Position numbers and translations under genes: made by a program. Positions 39,835 to 51,255 of a stretch of DNA of 64,000 nucleotides are shown piece after piece. Below the pieces are notes generated by a model. The model searched no databases. It saw only the letters and a program-made list of their open reading frames with translations, and was not told where the DNA came from. The stretch is from Arcobacteraceae bacterium. Lineage in GTDB: Bacteria; Campylobacterota; Campylobacteria; Campylobacterales; Arcobacteraceae. How positions within the stretch are numbered: position 1 is the first letter of the stretch; each line of letters begins with the position of its first letter. The DNA lies in contig CBDCZH010000013.1 in the NCBI GenBank assembly GCA_965224485.1, positions 32,001 to 96,000 of the forward strand, in the 5' to 3' direction.

Positions 39835-40470
39835 TTAGATATATACCTTTGCTAAAGTGATAATCCCACTTATAATAAATTGAACAGCAATGGCTCCAAC
39901 AATTAAACCCATAAGTTTAGTAATAACATTTTGTCCAGTAAGTCCAAGATACTTTTTTATGTAAATTGAATTCTTGAGTGTTAAATAAAAAATAAAAGCA
40001 TTTATAATAAAAGCAAACGATATAGAGACTAAATCAGTAAAAGTTTGGGCTTGCTGTTTAAAAATAATAATAGTAGTAAATAATCCAGCACCAAAAGCAA
40101 TAGGAACACCAATTGGAATAATAGATAATTCATCATGGTCTTTTATCTCAATTTCTTCATCTTTTGACGGTTTTTTACTCTTAGTATTTGAATTTACCAT
40201 AGATATTGCCATAAGTAATAAAATAATACCACCCATAACTTTTAGAGAATTTTGATCTATTCCAAAGATTTTAAGAACTAAATCACCTGTAATTAATACT
40301 ATGAAAAAGGCAATTATAATTGTTAATGTGGATTTATAGGCAACTTTGGAAATATCTTTTTTACTAATATCAGCACTTAAAATAGATAAAGCAATTGCAG
40401 ATATTCCTATTGGATCTAATATTGCAAAAAATGTAATACTTTGTTGTAAAAAAGATGATAAAAATTCCAT
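39835..40470 (-). CDS. MarC-family membrane protein
   Basis: FAILDPIG, GGIILL, PIGVP, KLMGLIV.AIAVQ. Confidence 0.9.
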   Translation of the reverse strand: MEFLSSFLQQSITFFAILDPIGISAIALSILSADISKKDISKVAYKSTLTIIIAFFIVLITGDLVLKIFGIDQNSLKVMGGIILLLMAISMVNSNTKSKKPSKDEEIEIKDHDELSIIPIGVPIAFGAGLFTTIIIFKQQAQTFTDLVSISFAFIINAFIFYLTLKNSIYIKKYLGLTGQNVITKLMGLIVGAIAVQFIISGIITLAKVYI

Positions 40471-41438
40471 TAACTTATTCCGCCTTTTTGTGACATTCTT
40501 TTCTCTAACTTATGCCCTATGAATGTTAGGGTGAAAGTAAGTGTTAAATATACTAAAGCTATAACTATCCATGTTTCAAAAGGAGAGAAGGTATTTGCAA
40601 CTATCTCTTTTCCCACTTTTGTTAAATCAGTTATGGATATAACTGATACAAGTGAAGAATCTTTAACTAAAGATATCATTTCTCCAACAAGTGTAGGTAA
40701 AGCTCTTTTAAATGCTTGAGGTAAAATAATATGTCTCATAGCAGCAAAATGTGAGATTCCTAAAGATGAAGCAGCTTCGAGCTGTCCCTTATCAATTGAT
40801 TGAATAGCACCTCTTAGTATTTCTGCCATATAAGCTGCGAAAAATATTCCTAAAGATAAAACACCTGCAACAAAACGGTCTAATTCAAATATATTTGCAA
40901 CTATAAAATAAAATAGAAATATTTGAACAAGTAAGGGGGTTCCCCTAATTAAAGTAATATAAACAGAGGCTATATCTTTTAAAAACTGATATGAAGATAG
41001 TTTCATAAAAGCTAGTAAAATTCCTAAAACAAAGGTTAATATTGCTGAGAAAAATGATATTTTTAATGTTATCCATAAACCATTGATTATAGGACCCGTT
41101 TTAGTTTCAGTATATGTGGCAATTATATCACCTTCATAAACATCTTCATTAATACTATAATCAAAAGTGTATTTATCATTAGCTTCTAGTTCTTGTTTTT
41201 CATCACCAAGAATATAATAAACTCCGTTTTCAAGAATCAGTTTCCCATCAATTTGGGCTTCTACTTCTAAGTTGTCTTCATAAAAAAAGTATTTTGGTAC
41301 TGAATTCCATTTCCAAATATAGTTCATATTTGAAGCAGCGCTATAAAATCCATATGCCACACTTAAGAAAAACATTAGGGCAAGAAAATGCCCTATGTTT
41401 TTATTCTTTAAAAAAGATTGAATTTTGTCTTGTGACAT
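40470..41438 (-). CDS. Polar amino-acid ABC transporter permease
   Basis: RGTPLLVQ, AYMAEILRG, GQLEAA, LVKDSSL. Confidence 0.93.
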   Translation of the reverse strand: MSQDKIQSFLKNKNIGHFLALMFFLSVAYGFYSAASNMNYIWKWNSVPKYFFYEDNLEVEAQIDGKLILENGVYYILGDEKQELEANDKYTFDYSINEDVYEGDIIATYTETKTGPIINGLWITLKISFFSAILTFVLGILLAFMKLSSYQFLKDIASVYITLIRGTPLLVQIFLFYFIVANIFELDRFVAGVLSLGIFFAAYMAEILRGAIQSIDKGQLEAASSLGISHFAAMRHIILPQAFKRALPTLVGEMISLVKDSSLVSVISITDLTKVGKEIVANTFSPFETWIVIALVYLTLTFTLTFIGHKLEKRMSQKGGIS

Positions 41439-42253
41439 TATTGTACTCTTTTAAGCCACTTTGTATCAACTAACCATTTTTGGTAAAGGTTTTTAGAAAA
41501 ATTAAGAATTTTATCTTCTTGCATTTGTCTTAAAAAGTTATTTAACCAGTTTAAAAAATCAGGATCACCTTTTCTAATAGCCCAAGCTAATGGTTCATAT
41601 GTTAGTGGTTTATCTAGGTGAACTAATCTACCTTTCCCCTTTTCTGCCATAAAAAGTACATTATAAGGTTGGTCATAAACCATAGCATCTGCTCTACCAT
41701 TTAACACTTCAGCTGATGCATCAGCTTCTGTTTCAAAGGTTAAGATTTTTGCTTTTTTAAAAAATTTTCTAGCTGCAATTTCGCCAGTAACTCCCAGTCT
41801 AGATACTATAGTAAACTCTTCTTTATCTAAATCTTTTGCAGTTTTAATTTTTCCTTCATGTTTCTTATTCATAAGAATTGTTTGGCCTACAACAATATAT
41901 GGATTTGCAAAGTTAACTTTTAAGTTTCTTGTTTGCGTAACTGTCATGGCTGAAATAATAATATCAAACTTAGAAGTAATTAAACCTGCAATTATTCCAT
42001 CAAAAGATGTAGGAATTAATTTTAGTTTAACACCCATTTCTTTTGCCATTTTTTTAGCCATATCTACATCATAACCAATAAGTCTACCCTTTTTATCTTT
42101 CATCTCAAAAGGCATATAGCCTGGATCCAACGCAACTCTTAGTTCACCTCTGTCTAAAATTTTATTCAAAGTAGATTTTTCCCAAAGTTTTATATCGTCC
42201 GCAAAAATATTCACAGATAACATTAAAACTAATGCTAACAACAATTTCTTCAT
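41438..42253 (-). CDS. Polar amino-acid ABC substrate-binding protein
   Basis: Signal peptide, PFEM..GYDVD, FDIIISAMT. Confidence 0.93.
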   Translation of the reverse strand: MKKLLLALVLMLSVNIFADDIKLWEKSTLNKILDRGELRVALDPGYMPFEMKDKKGRLIGYDVDMAKKMAKEMGVKLKLIPTSFDGIIAGLITSKFDIIISAMTVTQTRNLKVNFANPYIVVGQTILMNKKHEGKIKTAKDLDKEEFTIVSRLGVTGEIAARKFFKKAKILTFETEADASAEVLNGRADAMVYDQPYNVLFMAEKGKGRLVHLDKPLTYEPLAWAIRKGDPDFLNWLNNFLRQMQEDKILNFSKNLYQKWLVDTKWLKRVQ

Positions 42254-42297
42254 ATTTTTTCCTTTTTTTTGATTTAACGTAAATTTGACTAGATTAT

Positions 42298-43038
42298 TTA
42301 GTGCATTAAAATTTCATTTAGAAACTTTTTCGCTCTTGGTGAGTTTGGATTAGTGAAAAATGCTTCTGGAGTATTTTGTTCAACAATAACACCTTCATCC
42401 ATAAATACAATTCGGTCACCAACTTCTTTAGCAAAACCCATTTCGTGAGTTACACAAACAATAGTGTAATTCTCTTTTGCTAAATCTTGCATAACAGATA
42501 AAACATCACCAATTGTTTCAGGATCTAGGGCTGAAGTAGGTTCATCAAATAACAGAACCTTTGGTTTCATTGCAAGTGATCTTGCAATTGCAACTCTTTG
42601 TTTTTGACCACCTGATAAATCAGCTGGATATGAAGATGCTTTATCTTCAAGTTTAACTTTTTTTAGAAGTTCCATAGCTATTTTATTTGCATCTTCTTTT
42701 TTTGCTTTTTTAACTAAAGTCTGGGCCAAAGTAATATTTTCTAAAATAGTTAGGTGAGGAAAAAGATTAAAATGTTGAAATACCATTCCAACTTCACTTC
42801 TAATTATTTTTAAGTTGTTTTTTTCATGTATATTTAGATTATCAACAATGATTTTACCAGAATCAACATCTTCTAAACCATTTATACATCTAATAAGTGT
42901 TGATTTTCCAGAACCAGAAGGTCCACATACTACAACAATTTCACCTCGTCCTACACTAAAATTAATATTTTTTAAAACATGAAAATCATCATAATATTTA
43001 TCTATGTTTATCATTTCTATAATTGTGCTTGTATTCAT
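42298..43038 (-). CDS. Polar amino-acid ABC ATPase (GlnQ-like)
   Basis: [36 protein letters not shown]. Confidence 0.95.
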   Translation of the reverse strand: MNTSTIIEMINIDKYYDDFHVLKNINFSVGRGEIVVVCGPSGSGKSTLIRCINGLEDVDSGKIIVDNLNIHEKNNLKIIRSEVGMVFQHFNLFPHLTILENITLAQTLVKKAKKEDANKIAMELLKKVKLEDKASSYPADLSGGQKQRVAIARSLAMKPKVLLFDEPTSALDPETIGDVLSVMQDLAKENYTIVCVTHEMGFAKEVGDRIVFMDEGVIVEQNTPEAFFTNPNSPRAKKFLNEILMH

Positions 43039-43153
43039 TAATACTCTCTTTAAAATTAATCTTTTATTTTATAATAATAATAGTTAATAAAAAGTTAATA
43101 TTCTTTTGAATTAATGACATATAAGGTATCATAGGCAAAATTAAAGGAAATAA

Positions 43154-44038
43154 ATGCTATTTGTTAAATTAAAAGAGTTTAAAGCAGATATTTTACTATT
43201 AAGTGTAGCTATTGCTTGGGGTGTAACTTTTTTAATGGTACAAGATGCAATTAAAACTGTACCTGTTTATTCGTTTTTATTTGCAAGGTTTGCTCTTGCA
43301 AGTATATTAATGTTTTTAATTTCTTATAAAAGATTAAAACACTTAAATAAAGAAGCTGTTTTTTATGGTGTAATTTTAGGTTCTGCTTTATTTGCTGGTT
43401 TTTCAACACAAACATTTGGCCTTCTTTATACGAAAAGTTCAATTGTTGCTTTTATAACTGGATTTAATGTTATTTTTGTTCCTTTTTTAAGTTATATGTT
43501 TTTTAAAGATAAAATAAGATTTAATGTATTTATAGCTTCATTAATTGCTTTAGCGGGACTTTATTTATTAACAATGAGTGGTAAACTAAGTTTTGGTTTT
43601 GGAGAGTTTTTAGTTTTAATATGTGCAATGATGTTTGCAATTCATATAATTCTAACAGGAAAGTTTTCAAAAAAGGCTGATGTTTTTTTAATAGTATGTT
43701 TTCAGCTCTTAACAGTAAGCATTCTTTCAATGATTTTTTCACTTTTTTTTGAAGAAAGTACTTTTATTATTTCTTTAGATTATACTTTTGTAAAAGCTCT
43801 TTTAGTAACAGCCGTTTTTGCAACAGTATATGCTTTTTTAATTCAAACCTATATGCAACAATATACAAGTGCTAGTAAGACAGCTATTATTTTTACTATG
43901 GAGCCTTTAAGTGCGGCTTTTTATGGATATGCAGTTGGAAATGAAACTATGACTTATATTCAAATAATAGGAGCAATATGTATTATAATTGCTATGTTAA
44001 TTTCGGAATTAAAATTTAAGAATTTTCTAAAAAAATAA
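43154..44038 (+). CDS. EamA/DMT-family transporter
   Basis: 10 TM, WGVTF, MEPLSA. Confidence 0.9.
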   Translation: MLFVKLKEFKADILLLSVAIAWGVTFLMVQDAIKTVPVYSFLFARFALASILMFLISYKRLKHLNKEAVFYGVILGSALFAGFSTQTFGLLYTKSSIVAFITGFNVIFVPFLSYMFFKDKIRFNVFIASLIALAGLYLLTMSGKLSFGFGEFLVLICAMMFAIHIILTGKFSKKADVFLIVCFQLLTVSILSMIFSLFFEESTFIISLDYTFVKALLVTAVFATVYAFLIQTYMQQYTSASKTAIIFTMEPLSAAFYGYAVGNETMTYIQIIGAICIIIAMLISELKFKNFLKK

Positions 44039-44055
44039 GGAGCTAGAAGCTTAGG

Positions 44056-45123
44056 TTATAAACCGTTTGCTTCTATTAGTCTTGCTTGATGGTCAGTTAT
44101 TAAAGGATCAATTATTTCATCAAATAATCCATCATTCATAATATAATCAAGTCTATATAACGTTAAGTTAATTCTATGGTCACTAATTCTATTTTGTGGA
44201 TAATTATATGTTCTAATTCTTCCACTTCTATCACCAGTTCCCACTTGTTCTTTACGCTCAACACCCTCTTTTTTCATTTTCTCTTGCATTTCTAAATCAA
44301 AAAGCCTAGCTTTTAAAACTTTCATAGCTCTATCTTTATTTTTATGCTGAGATTTTTGATCTTGATTTGTTACAACTATACCAGAAGGTAAATGAGTAAT
44401 TCTAACAGCTGAATCTGTAGTATTTACAGATTGTCCACCATTACCACTAGCTCTCATAACATCAATTTTTAAGTCATTTGCATTAATATCAATTTCAATA
44501 TCATCAACTTCAGGCATAACAGCAACTGTTATAGCAGAAGTGTGAACTCTTCCTTGAGATTCTGTGTCAGGAACTCTTTGAACTCTGTGTGTTCCACCTT
44601 CAAACTTCAGTTTTGAGTAAACATGGCTACCTTTAATTAAAGCAATAATTTCTTTGTACCCACCAGCTTCACTCTCACTTTGGCTCATAAGTTCAACTTT
44701 CCAACCATTGTTTTCAGCATATTTTAGGTAACCCTTAAATAAATCACCAACAAATATAGCAGCTTCATCTCCACCTGCACCTGCACGTAGTTCCAAATAA
44801 ATATTCTTATCATCATTTGGATCAGTAGGAATCATTAAGAATTTAATCTCTTCTTCGAGTTTTGGTTTTAAGGCCTCAAGCTCTTTTAATTCTTCTTTTG
44901 CAAGTTCAGCTAGGTCTGAATCATCAAGCAGCATTTTATTCTCTTCAATATCGTTAATTGTTTGAATATACTCTTTTGCTATAGTAACAATAGAGGAAAT
45001 ACTAGCTTGCTCTTTGGAAAGCTCAGTCATCTTTTTTATATCAGTTATAATAGCAGTAGAGATCAACATCTCGTTAATCTCATCATGTCTATCTATAAAT
45101 GTTTGCAGTTTATCTTGTAGCAT
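44056..45123 (-). CDS. prfA: Peptide chain release factor 1
   Basis: PDT (PxT) motif, [12 protein letters not shown]. Confidence 0.97.
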   Translation of the reverse strand: MLQDKLQTFIDRHDEINEMLISTAIITDIKKMTELSKEQASISSIVTIAKEYIQTINDIEENKMLLDDSDLAELAKEELKELEALKPKLEEEIKFLMIPTDPNDDKNIYLELRAGAGGDEAAIFVGDLFKGYLKYAENNGWKVELMSQSESEAGGYKEIIALIKGSHVYSKLKFEGGTHRVQRVPDTESQGRVHTSAITVAVMPEVDDIEIDINANDLKIDVMRASGNGGQSVNTTDSAVRITHLPSGIVVTNQDQKSQHKNKDRAMKVLKARLFDLEMQEKMKKEGVERKEQVGTGDRSGRIRTYNYPQNRISDHRINLTLYRLDYIMNDGLFDEIIDPLITDHQARLIEANGL

Positions 45124-45179
45124 CTGTTTTTATATCTTTAATTTAAAATATGTAAAACTATATAAGACTTTAAAAAGAA

Positions 45180-45440
45180 TTATACAGCGTTTACTTTTAA
45201 TTGTAATCTAGAAACTTTTCTTGCAGCAGTACCTTTTTTAAGTATACCTTTTGCAACACAATGGTGAACATATTTATTTGCAGTTTTCATTGCTAATAAA
45301 GCTTTTTCTTTATCACCTGATTCAACAGAAGTCAATACTTCTTTTGTAATATTTTTAAGTCTTGTTTTGTAAAATCTATTTCTCTCAGTTCTTACTTTTG
45401 TTTGTCTTGCTCTTTTTTCAGCAGATTTATGATTTGCCAT
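45180..45440 (-). CDS. rpsT: 30S ribosomal protein S20
   Basis: [21 protein letters not shown]. Confidence 0.98.
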   Translation of the reverse strand: MANHKSAEKRARQTKVRTERNRFYKTRLKNITKEVLTSVESGDKEKALLAMKTANKYVHHCVAKGILKKGTAARKVSRLQLKVNAV

Positions 45441-45541
45441 CGTTATTTAACCTCTTTGTAAAATTTTTAAGGGTAGAATATTATCTTAATAACTTTAAAG
45501 TAAGGTTAAAATAAGTTTAGTTTAAACATTTAGGAAAGATA

Positions 45542-46876
45542 ATGAAATTATTTGGGACAGATGGAGTAAGAGGAAAAGCTGGAGAGTTTTTAGACGCAAT
45601 GACAACAATGAAGTTAGCTATGGCTGCTGGAATATATTTTAGAAAACACTCAAGTTCGAATAAAATTTTAGTAGGAAAAGATACTAGAAGAAGTGGTTAT
45701 ATGATTGAAAATGCCTTAGTTTCAGGGCTAACTGCTGTTGGTTATGATGTTATTCAAATAGGTCCAATGCCAACACCTGCAATTGCATATTTAACAGAAT
45801 CAATGCGTTGTGATGCTGGTATTATGATTTCTGCGTCTCATAATCCTTATGATGATAATGGTATTAAGTTTTTTGATAACCATGGAGATAAGTTGGGACT
45901 AAGTTGCGAAGAAGAGATAGAAAAGATATTTTTTAATGATGAAGTTCTTTATAAAGCTTTAGCCACAGGTAAAAATATTGGTTTTTCTAAAAGAATTGAT
46001 GATGTTATTGGACGATATATCGTTTCAATTAAAAGTTCTTTTCCAAAAAACTTATCTTTAAAAGGTATAAGAATAGTTCTTGATTGTGCAAATGGAGCTG
46101 CTTATAAAGTAGGGCCTACAATTTTAGAAGAGTTAGGTGCGGATTTAATTGTAATTAATAATAAACCAGATGGTTTTAATATAAACGAAGATTGTGGAGC
46201 CTTACATCCTAAAAATGTAGGAAAAATAGTACGTGAAGTTAGAGCTGATATAGGAATTGCTTTAGATGGTGATGCTGATAGATTAGTTGTTGTTGATGAA
46301 TTAGGAGAAGTAGTTCATGGAGATAAACTTTTAGGCGCTTTATGTGTATATTTAAATAAAGAAAATACCCTTCAAGGTCAAGCTTGTGTGGCTACAGTTA
46401 TGAGTAATCAAGCTTTAGAAGATTATTTAGATTCACATGATTTAGGTTTAAAAAGAACTGATGTTGGTGATAAACATGTTTTAAAAACAATGAAAGATGA
46501 TTGTGTAAATTTTGGAGGGGAACAAAGTGGTCATATAATTTTCTCAGATGTTGCAAAAACAGGAGATGGTTTAGCTTCTGCATTACAAGTCTTAGCCTTA
46601 ATTATTAAATCAGGTAAAAAAGCTAGTGAAGTGTTGAATGTGTTTGAATTATATCCTCAAAAATTAGTTAATTTAAAAGTTGATAAAAAAATACCTTTAG
46701 ATGAAATTAAAGGTTTAGCTGAAATTTTAAAAGATATTAAAGCTAAGGGAATGCGAGAGCTAATAAGATATTCAGGGACTGAAAATAAGCTAAGAGTTTT
46801 ATTAGAAGGTAAGAATAAAAAAGAAGTTGAAGATACTATGAATAAGTTAGTTTCTTTTTTAGAAAAGCATTTGTAA
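45542..46876 (+). CDS. glmM: Phosphoglucosamine mutase
   Basis: [33 protein letters not shown]. Confidence 0.97.
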   Translation: MKLFGTDGVRGKAGEFLDAMTTMKLAMAAGIYFRKHSSSNKILVGKDTRRSGYMIENALVSGLTAVGYDVIQIGPMPTPAIAYLTESMRCDAGIMISASHNPYDDNGIKFFDNHGDKLGLSCEEEIEKIFFNDEVLYKALATGKNIGFSKRIDDVIGRYIVSIKSSFPKNLSLKGIRIVLDCANGAAYKVGPTILEELGADLIVINNKPDGFNINEDCGALHPKNVGKIVREVRADIGIALDGDADRLVVVDELGEVVHGDKLLGALCVYLNKENTLQGQACVATVMSNQALEDYLDSHDLGLKRTDVGDKHVLKTMKDDCVNFGGEQSGHIIFSDVAKTGDGLASALQVLALIIKSGKKASEVLNVFELYPQKLVNLKVDKKIPLDEIKGLAEILKDIKAKGMRELIRYSGTENKLRVLLEGKNKKEVEDTMNKLVSFLEKHL

Positions 46877-46878
46877 AA

Positions 46879-47337
46879 ATGAATAAAAAAAGATTCTTCT
46901 TTCTTTTAATATTTTTACTTTTTTGTGATCAATATATAAAATATGGTTTTGTTTATTTTAACTGGGGCTATGATGGCCCTGTTATCTCTTTAACCTTGGC
47001 TTATAACTATGGTGTTGCTTTCTCAATGTTAAGCTTTTTACAAGAATATTTAAAATATGTGCAACTTTGTATTTTGTTTGCAGGACTTATATATTTGTAT
47101 TTTAATAAAGATGTTTTCACACGATACTCCTTAGCTATTTGCATTTTACTAGCTGGTGGACTTTCTAATATTTTAGATAGATTTACTTATGGAGCAGTAG
47201 TTGATTATGTTTATTGGCATTATAAATTTGACTTTGCTATTTTTAATTTAGCAGATGTATTAATTGATTTTGCAATTGTACTAATTATATATTTACAATA
47301 TAAACACAATAAAGAAGAGAAACAAACTAATAAATAG
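46879..47337 (+). CDS. lspA: Lipoprotein signal peptidase
   Basis: DQYIK, NYGVAFS, SNILDR, VVDY, FNLAD. Confidence 0.95.
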   Translation: MNKKRFFFLLIFLLFCDQYIKYGFVYFNWGYDGPVISLTLAYNYGVAFSMLSFLQEYLKYVQLCILFAGLIYLYFNKDVFTRYSLAICILLAGGLSNILDRFTYGAVVDYVYWHYKFDFAIFNLADVLIDFAIVLIIYLQYKHNKEEKQTNK

Positions 47338-47418
47338 ATTAATTGAGAGCTTAAATGATTTTTAGTTATACTTAAAAAAATGACTTCAATTAGTTAAAAT
47401 ACAGTGAAAAGAGAATTT

Positions 47419-48687
47419 ATGGGTCAAACAATTACAGAAAAAATATTTAGCGAACATGTAAATAGAGAAGTTTATGCAGGTGAAATTATCAGATGTGATA
47501 TAGATATGGTAATTGGTAATGATATTACGACACCAATTTCAATAAAAGCTTTTGAAGAAAGTGGTAAAGAAACATTAGCAAATCCTGAAGGCTTCGCAAT
47601 TGTTTTAGACCATTTTATTCCAGCAAAAGATATAGCAAGTGCAAATCAAGCAAAAATCTCAAGAGAATTTGCTTATAAACATGACTTAAAATATTTCTTT
47701 GATGAAAAAGATATGGGAATTGAGCATGCTTTATTACCTGAAAAAGGTTTAGTTCTTCCAGGTGATGTTATTATTGGAGCTGATTCTCATACCTGTACCC
47801 ATGGTGCACTTGGGGCCTTTTCAACTGGTATGGGATCTACTGATATTTCTTTTGGAATGATTACAGGAGGAAACTGGTTTAAAGTTCCTGCTTCTATTAA
47901 AGTTGTATTTAAAGGGAAACCTTCTAAAAATGTAACAGGAAAAGATTTAATCTTAGAAATTATTAGAATTTTAGGTGTTGATGGAGCTTTATATCAAGCC
48001 TTAGAATTTACAGGTGATACCATTCAATATTTAAGTATGGATGACAGATTTTCTTTATGTAATATGGCTATTGAAGCTGGAGCTAAAAATGGTATTGTTG
48101 CTTATGATGATATAACTAAAGAGTTTTTAGATTCACGAGAAAGTTTAAGAGCTGAACCAAAAATTCATTATTCTGATGATGATGCTTCTTATATTAGAGT
48201 GATTGAAATTGACGTAGCTGCACTTGAACCAGTTATTGCTTATCCATTTTTACCATCAAATGGTCATCCTTTATCTCAAGCAGTTGCAGATGAGATCAGA
48301 GTTGATCAAGTATTTATAGGTTCATGTACAAATGGACGATTAAGTGATTTTAAAGTGGCTGCTGAAATATTAAAAGATAAAAAAGTAGCAAGGCATGTAA
48401 GATTAATAATAACTCCAGGAACACAAAAAATTCTAAAAGATGCCAACAAAGCAGGTTATATTGATATTTTAATTGACGCAGGTGCTGTTGTATCAAATCC
48501 TACTTGTGGAGCATGTTTAGGTGGATATATGGGAATTTTAGGTGATGATGAGGTTTGTATCTCTACAACTAATAGAAACTTTGTAGGACGAATGGGCTCA
48601 AGAAGCTCAAAAATATACTTATCTAACTCAGCAGTTGCAGCAGCTTCTGCTATTTCTGGATATATTACGGATCCTGCTTCAGTATAA
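47419..48687 (+). CDS. leuC: 3-isopropylmalate dehydratase large subunit
   Basis: MGQTITEKI, GADSHTCTHG, GSCTNGR, CGACLG, NRNFVGRMG. Confidence 0.93.
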   Translation: MGQTITEKIFSEHVNREVYAGEIIRCDIDMVIGNDITTPISIKAFEESGKETLANPEGFAIVLDHFIPAKDIASANQAKISREFAYKHDLKYFFDEKDMGIEHALLPEKGLVLPGDVIIGADSHTCTHGALGAFSTGMGSTDISFGMITGGNWFKVPASIKVVFKGKPSKNVTGKDLILEIIRILGVDGALYQALEFTGDTIQYLSMDDRFSLCNMAIEAGAKNGIVAYDDITKEFLDSRESLRAEPKIHYSDDDASYIRVIEIDVAALEPVIAYPFLPSNGHPLSQAVADEIRVDQVFIGSCTNGRLSDFKVAAEILKDKKVARHVRLIITPGTQKILKDANKAGYIDILIDAGAVVSNPTCGACLGGYMGILGDDEVCISTTNRNFVGRMGSRSSKIYLSNSAVAAASAISGYITDPASV

Positions 48688-48710
48688 GAGTTGAAAACTC
48701 TTATACTGAA

Positions 48711-48776
48711 AATGAAAAATGAATAGTGAAAAATGGAAAAAACCATAAACCATCAACCAGAAACCATCAACTATCC
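48711..48776. repeat. Degenerate heptamer repeats (AATGAAA-type then AACCATC-type)
   Basis: aatgaaa aatgaat agtgaaa aatggaa; aaccata aaccatc aaccaga aaccatc aactatc. Confidence 0.7.
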
Positions 48777-49335
48777 TCTTGACTTGCCTTTGGTGATTCT
48801 TTGCGGGGGCAAGAGCTCTCGTATGGGAAAAGATAAAGCATTACTTCCTTTTGCCAAGAAAAACTCTTTAGCACAGTTTCAATACGATAGATTGAAGCCT
48901 TTTTTTAAAAATATTTATCTTTCTTCTAAAATAGATAAATTTGATTTTCCTTGTGATATTATTTTTGATAAGGGTGAAACTTTTTCTCCTTTAATTGCGC
49001 TAGAAACTATATTAAACACTATTTCAAATAATAAAGTTTTTATCTTAAGTGTAGATACTCCTTTTGTTTCTTTAGAAACTATTAATATTTTAATTAAACA
49101 AAGCATATCTTATGATGCTTGTATTGCTAAAACAAAAAGATTGCACTCTTTATGTGGCGTTTTTGATAAGTCTTGCTTAGATAAGATAAAAACAATGTTA
49201 GCAAGTGATATGCATAAGATAGGCTTTTTATTAAAAGATGTAAATACAAATATTATTTCTTTTAAAAATGATGATGAATTTTTAAATTTAAATTGCCCAG
49301 AAGATTACCAAAAAGCTCTTAGTCTCGAATCCTAG
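48733..49335 (+). CDS. mobA: Molybdenum cofactor guanylyltransferase
   Basis: ILCGGKSSRMGKDKALL, SVDTPF, FLNLNCPEDY. Confidence 0.93.
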   Translation: MEKTINHQPETINYPLDLPLVILCGGKSSRMGKDKALLPFAKKNSLAQFQYDRLKPFFKNIYLSSKIDKFDFPCDIIFDKGETFSPLIALETILNTISNNKVFILSVDTPFVSLETINILIKQSISYDACIAKTKRLHSLCGVFDKSCLDKIKTMLASDMHKIGFLLKDVNTNIISFKNDDEFLNLNCPEDYQKALSLES

Positions 49336-49443
49336 TATAAGTTTTTCTAATAATTATTATTATATATTTTAAGCTAAATTTAAGTTTTATATAACATAAT
49401 CTTTGTTATTGTATTATAAGAAAAAATTATAAAGGAAATTCTT

Positions 49444-50916
49444 ATGATACATAAAGGACTGAGTGATTCTTTAGAAATTCTTGATTTTGAGTTAAAAAAG
49501 CAAGGTATTTCAAGAAGAGATGCATTTAAATTAGCAGGACTTGGTTCAGCAACTTTTTTATTAAATCCAAGTGAAGCAGAAGCTAGTTCATCTTTAAGTG
49601 CAAGTGATATAAAAGCTAAGATTGTAATTGTTGGTGGAGGACTTGCAGGAATATCGACAGCTGCTAGGCTTACAAATATGCTTGCAAACCCTGATATTAC
49701 TATTATTGAACCAAATCCTAATTCTAGTTCATATCAACCAGGGAATACATTAATTGCTTCTGGAATTTACGAAAAATCAGATGTAATATATAAAACAAAA
49801 GATTTTTTACCAGATGATGCTAAATTAATAGTAGAAAAAGCTGTTGCTTTTGATCCTGATAATAATAAATTAAGCTTAGAAAGTGGTAAAGAAATCACTT
49901 ACGATTATTTAATAATTGCAGCTGGTTTAAAACTTAATTTTGCTGCAATTAAAGGCCTTGAAGAAATAGGTGAACTTACAACTTCAGGTGATGCAAGTTT
50001 ACAGAGAAAAGTCTTTAAAAACTCTTCTGCTTGTTCAATTTATACTACTGATGGTGCTGTTGATACATGGCAAGTAATGCAAAAATTTGTAAATGAAGCA
50101 AAAAGTGGTAAAAAAGTAAATGCTGTATTTACTCACCCAAATACTGCTATTAAATGTGGTGGTGCTCCTAAAAAAATCATGTATCTAACAAATGCTAGGT
50201 TAAATGAAGCAGGTAAAGAAGCTAGAAATAATGCAAACTTAACTTTTTATCCAAATGGAAGTAAAATGTTTGGGGTGCCTGAATATCACGATGCTATAGT
50301 TAAACAGTTTATAAAAAGAGATATGAAATGGGAATATAAACATAATCTTACTTCTGTTGATTTAGAGGCAAAAACAGCTACTTTTGATAACTTTTGGGAC
50401 GAAAAAGGTGAATTTGATAAAGATTTAGAAGAGTATGAAATGATTACAAAACACAAAGATGTAATAGTTCCATATGATATGTTGCATATTACACCACCTA
50501 TGAAAGCTCCTGATGAAATAGGAAATTCCCAACTTGGATCAAAAAAAGGATATATTCCTGTAAATAAAGAGACTCTACAACATGTGAAATTTGCTAATGT
50601 ATTTGCTCTTGGAGATATCGCTGCTGTTCCTATGGGAAAAACTGGTGGAAGTGTAAGAAAACAATATAAAGTTTTAGTTGATAATTTAATATCACTAATG
50701 GAAGGTAAAGAATTAAGTTCTAAATATGAAGGTTATACTGTCTGCCCTTTAATTACTGACATTGGTAAAGTTATGTTAGCAGAATTTGATTGGAGTAAAA
50801 AACCAACTCCAACTTTTCCTTTGGATCCTTTGCAAGAGAGATATATTTGGTGGTTATTAAAGGTTTATGCTTTAAGACCAATGACTCAATATGGACTCTT
50901 AGCTGGTAAAGCTTAG
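49444..50916 (+). CDS. Tat-exported FAD-dependent oxidoreductase of the sulfide:quinone oxidoreductase / flavocytochrome c family
   Basis: SRRDAFK, VGGGLAG, YQPG, KCGGAPKK, FALGD, YTVCPLIT. Confidence 0.85.
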   Translation: MIHKGLSDSLEILDFELKKQGISRRDAFKLAGLGSATFLLNPSEAEASSSLSASDIKAKIVIVGGGLAGISTAARLTNMLANPDITIIEPNPNSSSYQPGNTLIASGIYEKSDVIYKTKDFLPDDAKLIVEKAVAFDPDNNKLSLESGKEITYDYLIIAAGLKLNFAAIKGLEEIGELTTSGDASLQRKVFKNSSACSIYTTDGAVDTWQVMQKFVNEAKSGKKVNAVFTHPNTAIKCGGAPKKIMYLTNARLNEAGKEARNNANLTFYPNGSKMFGVPEYHDAIVKQFIKRDMKWEYKHNLTSVDLEAKTATFDNFWDEKGEFDKDLEEYEMITKHKDVIVPYDMLHITPPMKAPDEIGNSQLGSKKGYIPVNKETLQHVKFANVFALGDIAAVPMGKTGGSVRKQYKVLVDNLISLMEGKELSSKYEGYTVCPLITDIGKVMLAEFDWSKKPTPTFPLDPLQERYIWWLLKVYALRPMTQYGLLAGKA

Positions 50917-50986
50917 TATTTTAGTTTTAAGTTATAAGGGAATCTTTTAACTTAAAACAAATACAAAATTGCTTGTGTCAATATAT

Positions 50987-51202
50987 ATGAAAGAATTATA
51001 CATATTTTTTATTATTTTATTTTTGTTATCTTTTTCTTTGCATTTTGAAGAATTTATAGCTAATCCTATACTTCATATTTTGAGTTTAAAAAATGCTGGA
51101 GTTTATGGTTTAGGATTTTTTCACCCTATCGTTTTTACAGGAGTGATTTATCTAATAATTCTTATCCCAAGAGTTATATATAAGATTTTTAAAAGAAATT
51201 AG
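50987..51202 (+). CDS. Small 2-TM hypothetical membrane protein
   Basis: Hydrophobic ORF ending before the shared terminator. Confidence 0.6.
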   Translation: MKELYIFFIILFLLSFSLHFEEFIANPILHILSLKNAGVYGLGFFHPIVFTGVIYLIILIPRVIYKIFKRN

Positions 51203-51206
51203 GCAT

Positions 51207-51243
51207 AAAAAAAGCTTTGAAGTAAACTTCAAAGCTTTTTTTT
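51207..51243. terminator. Bidirectional terminator
   Basis: AAAAAGCTTTGAAG/CTTCAAAGCTTTTT. Confidence 0.85.
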
Positions 51244-51255
51244 GCAAATTTAAAA

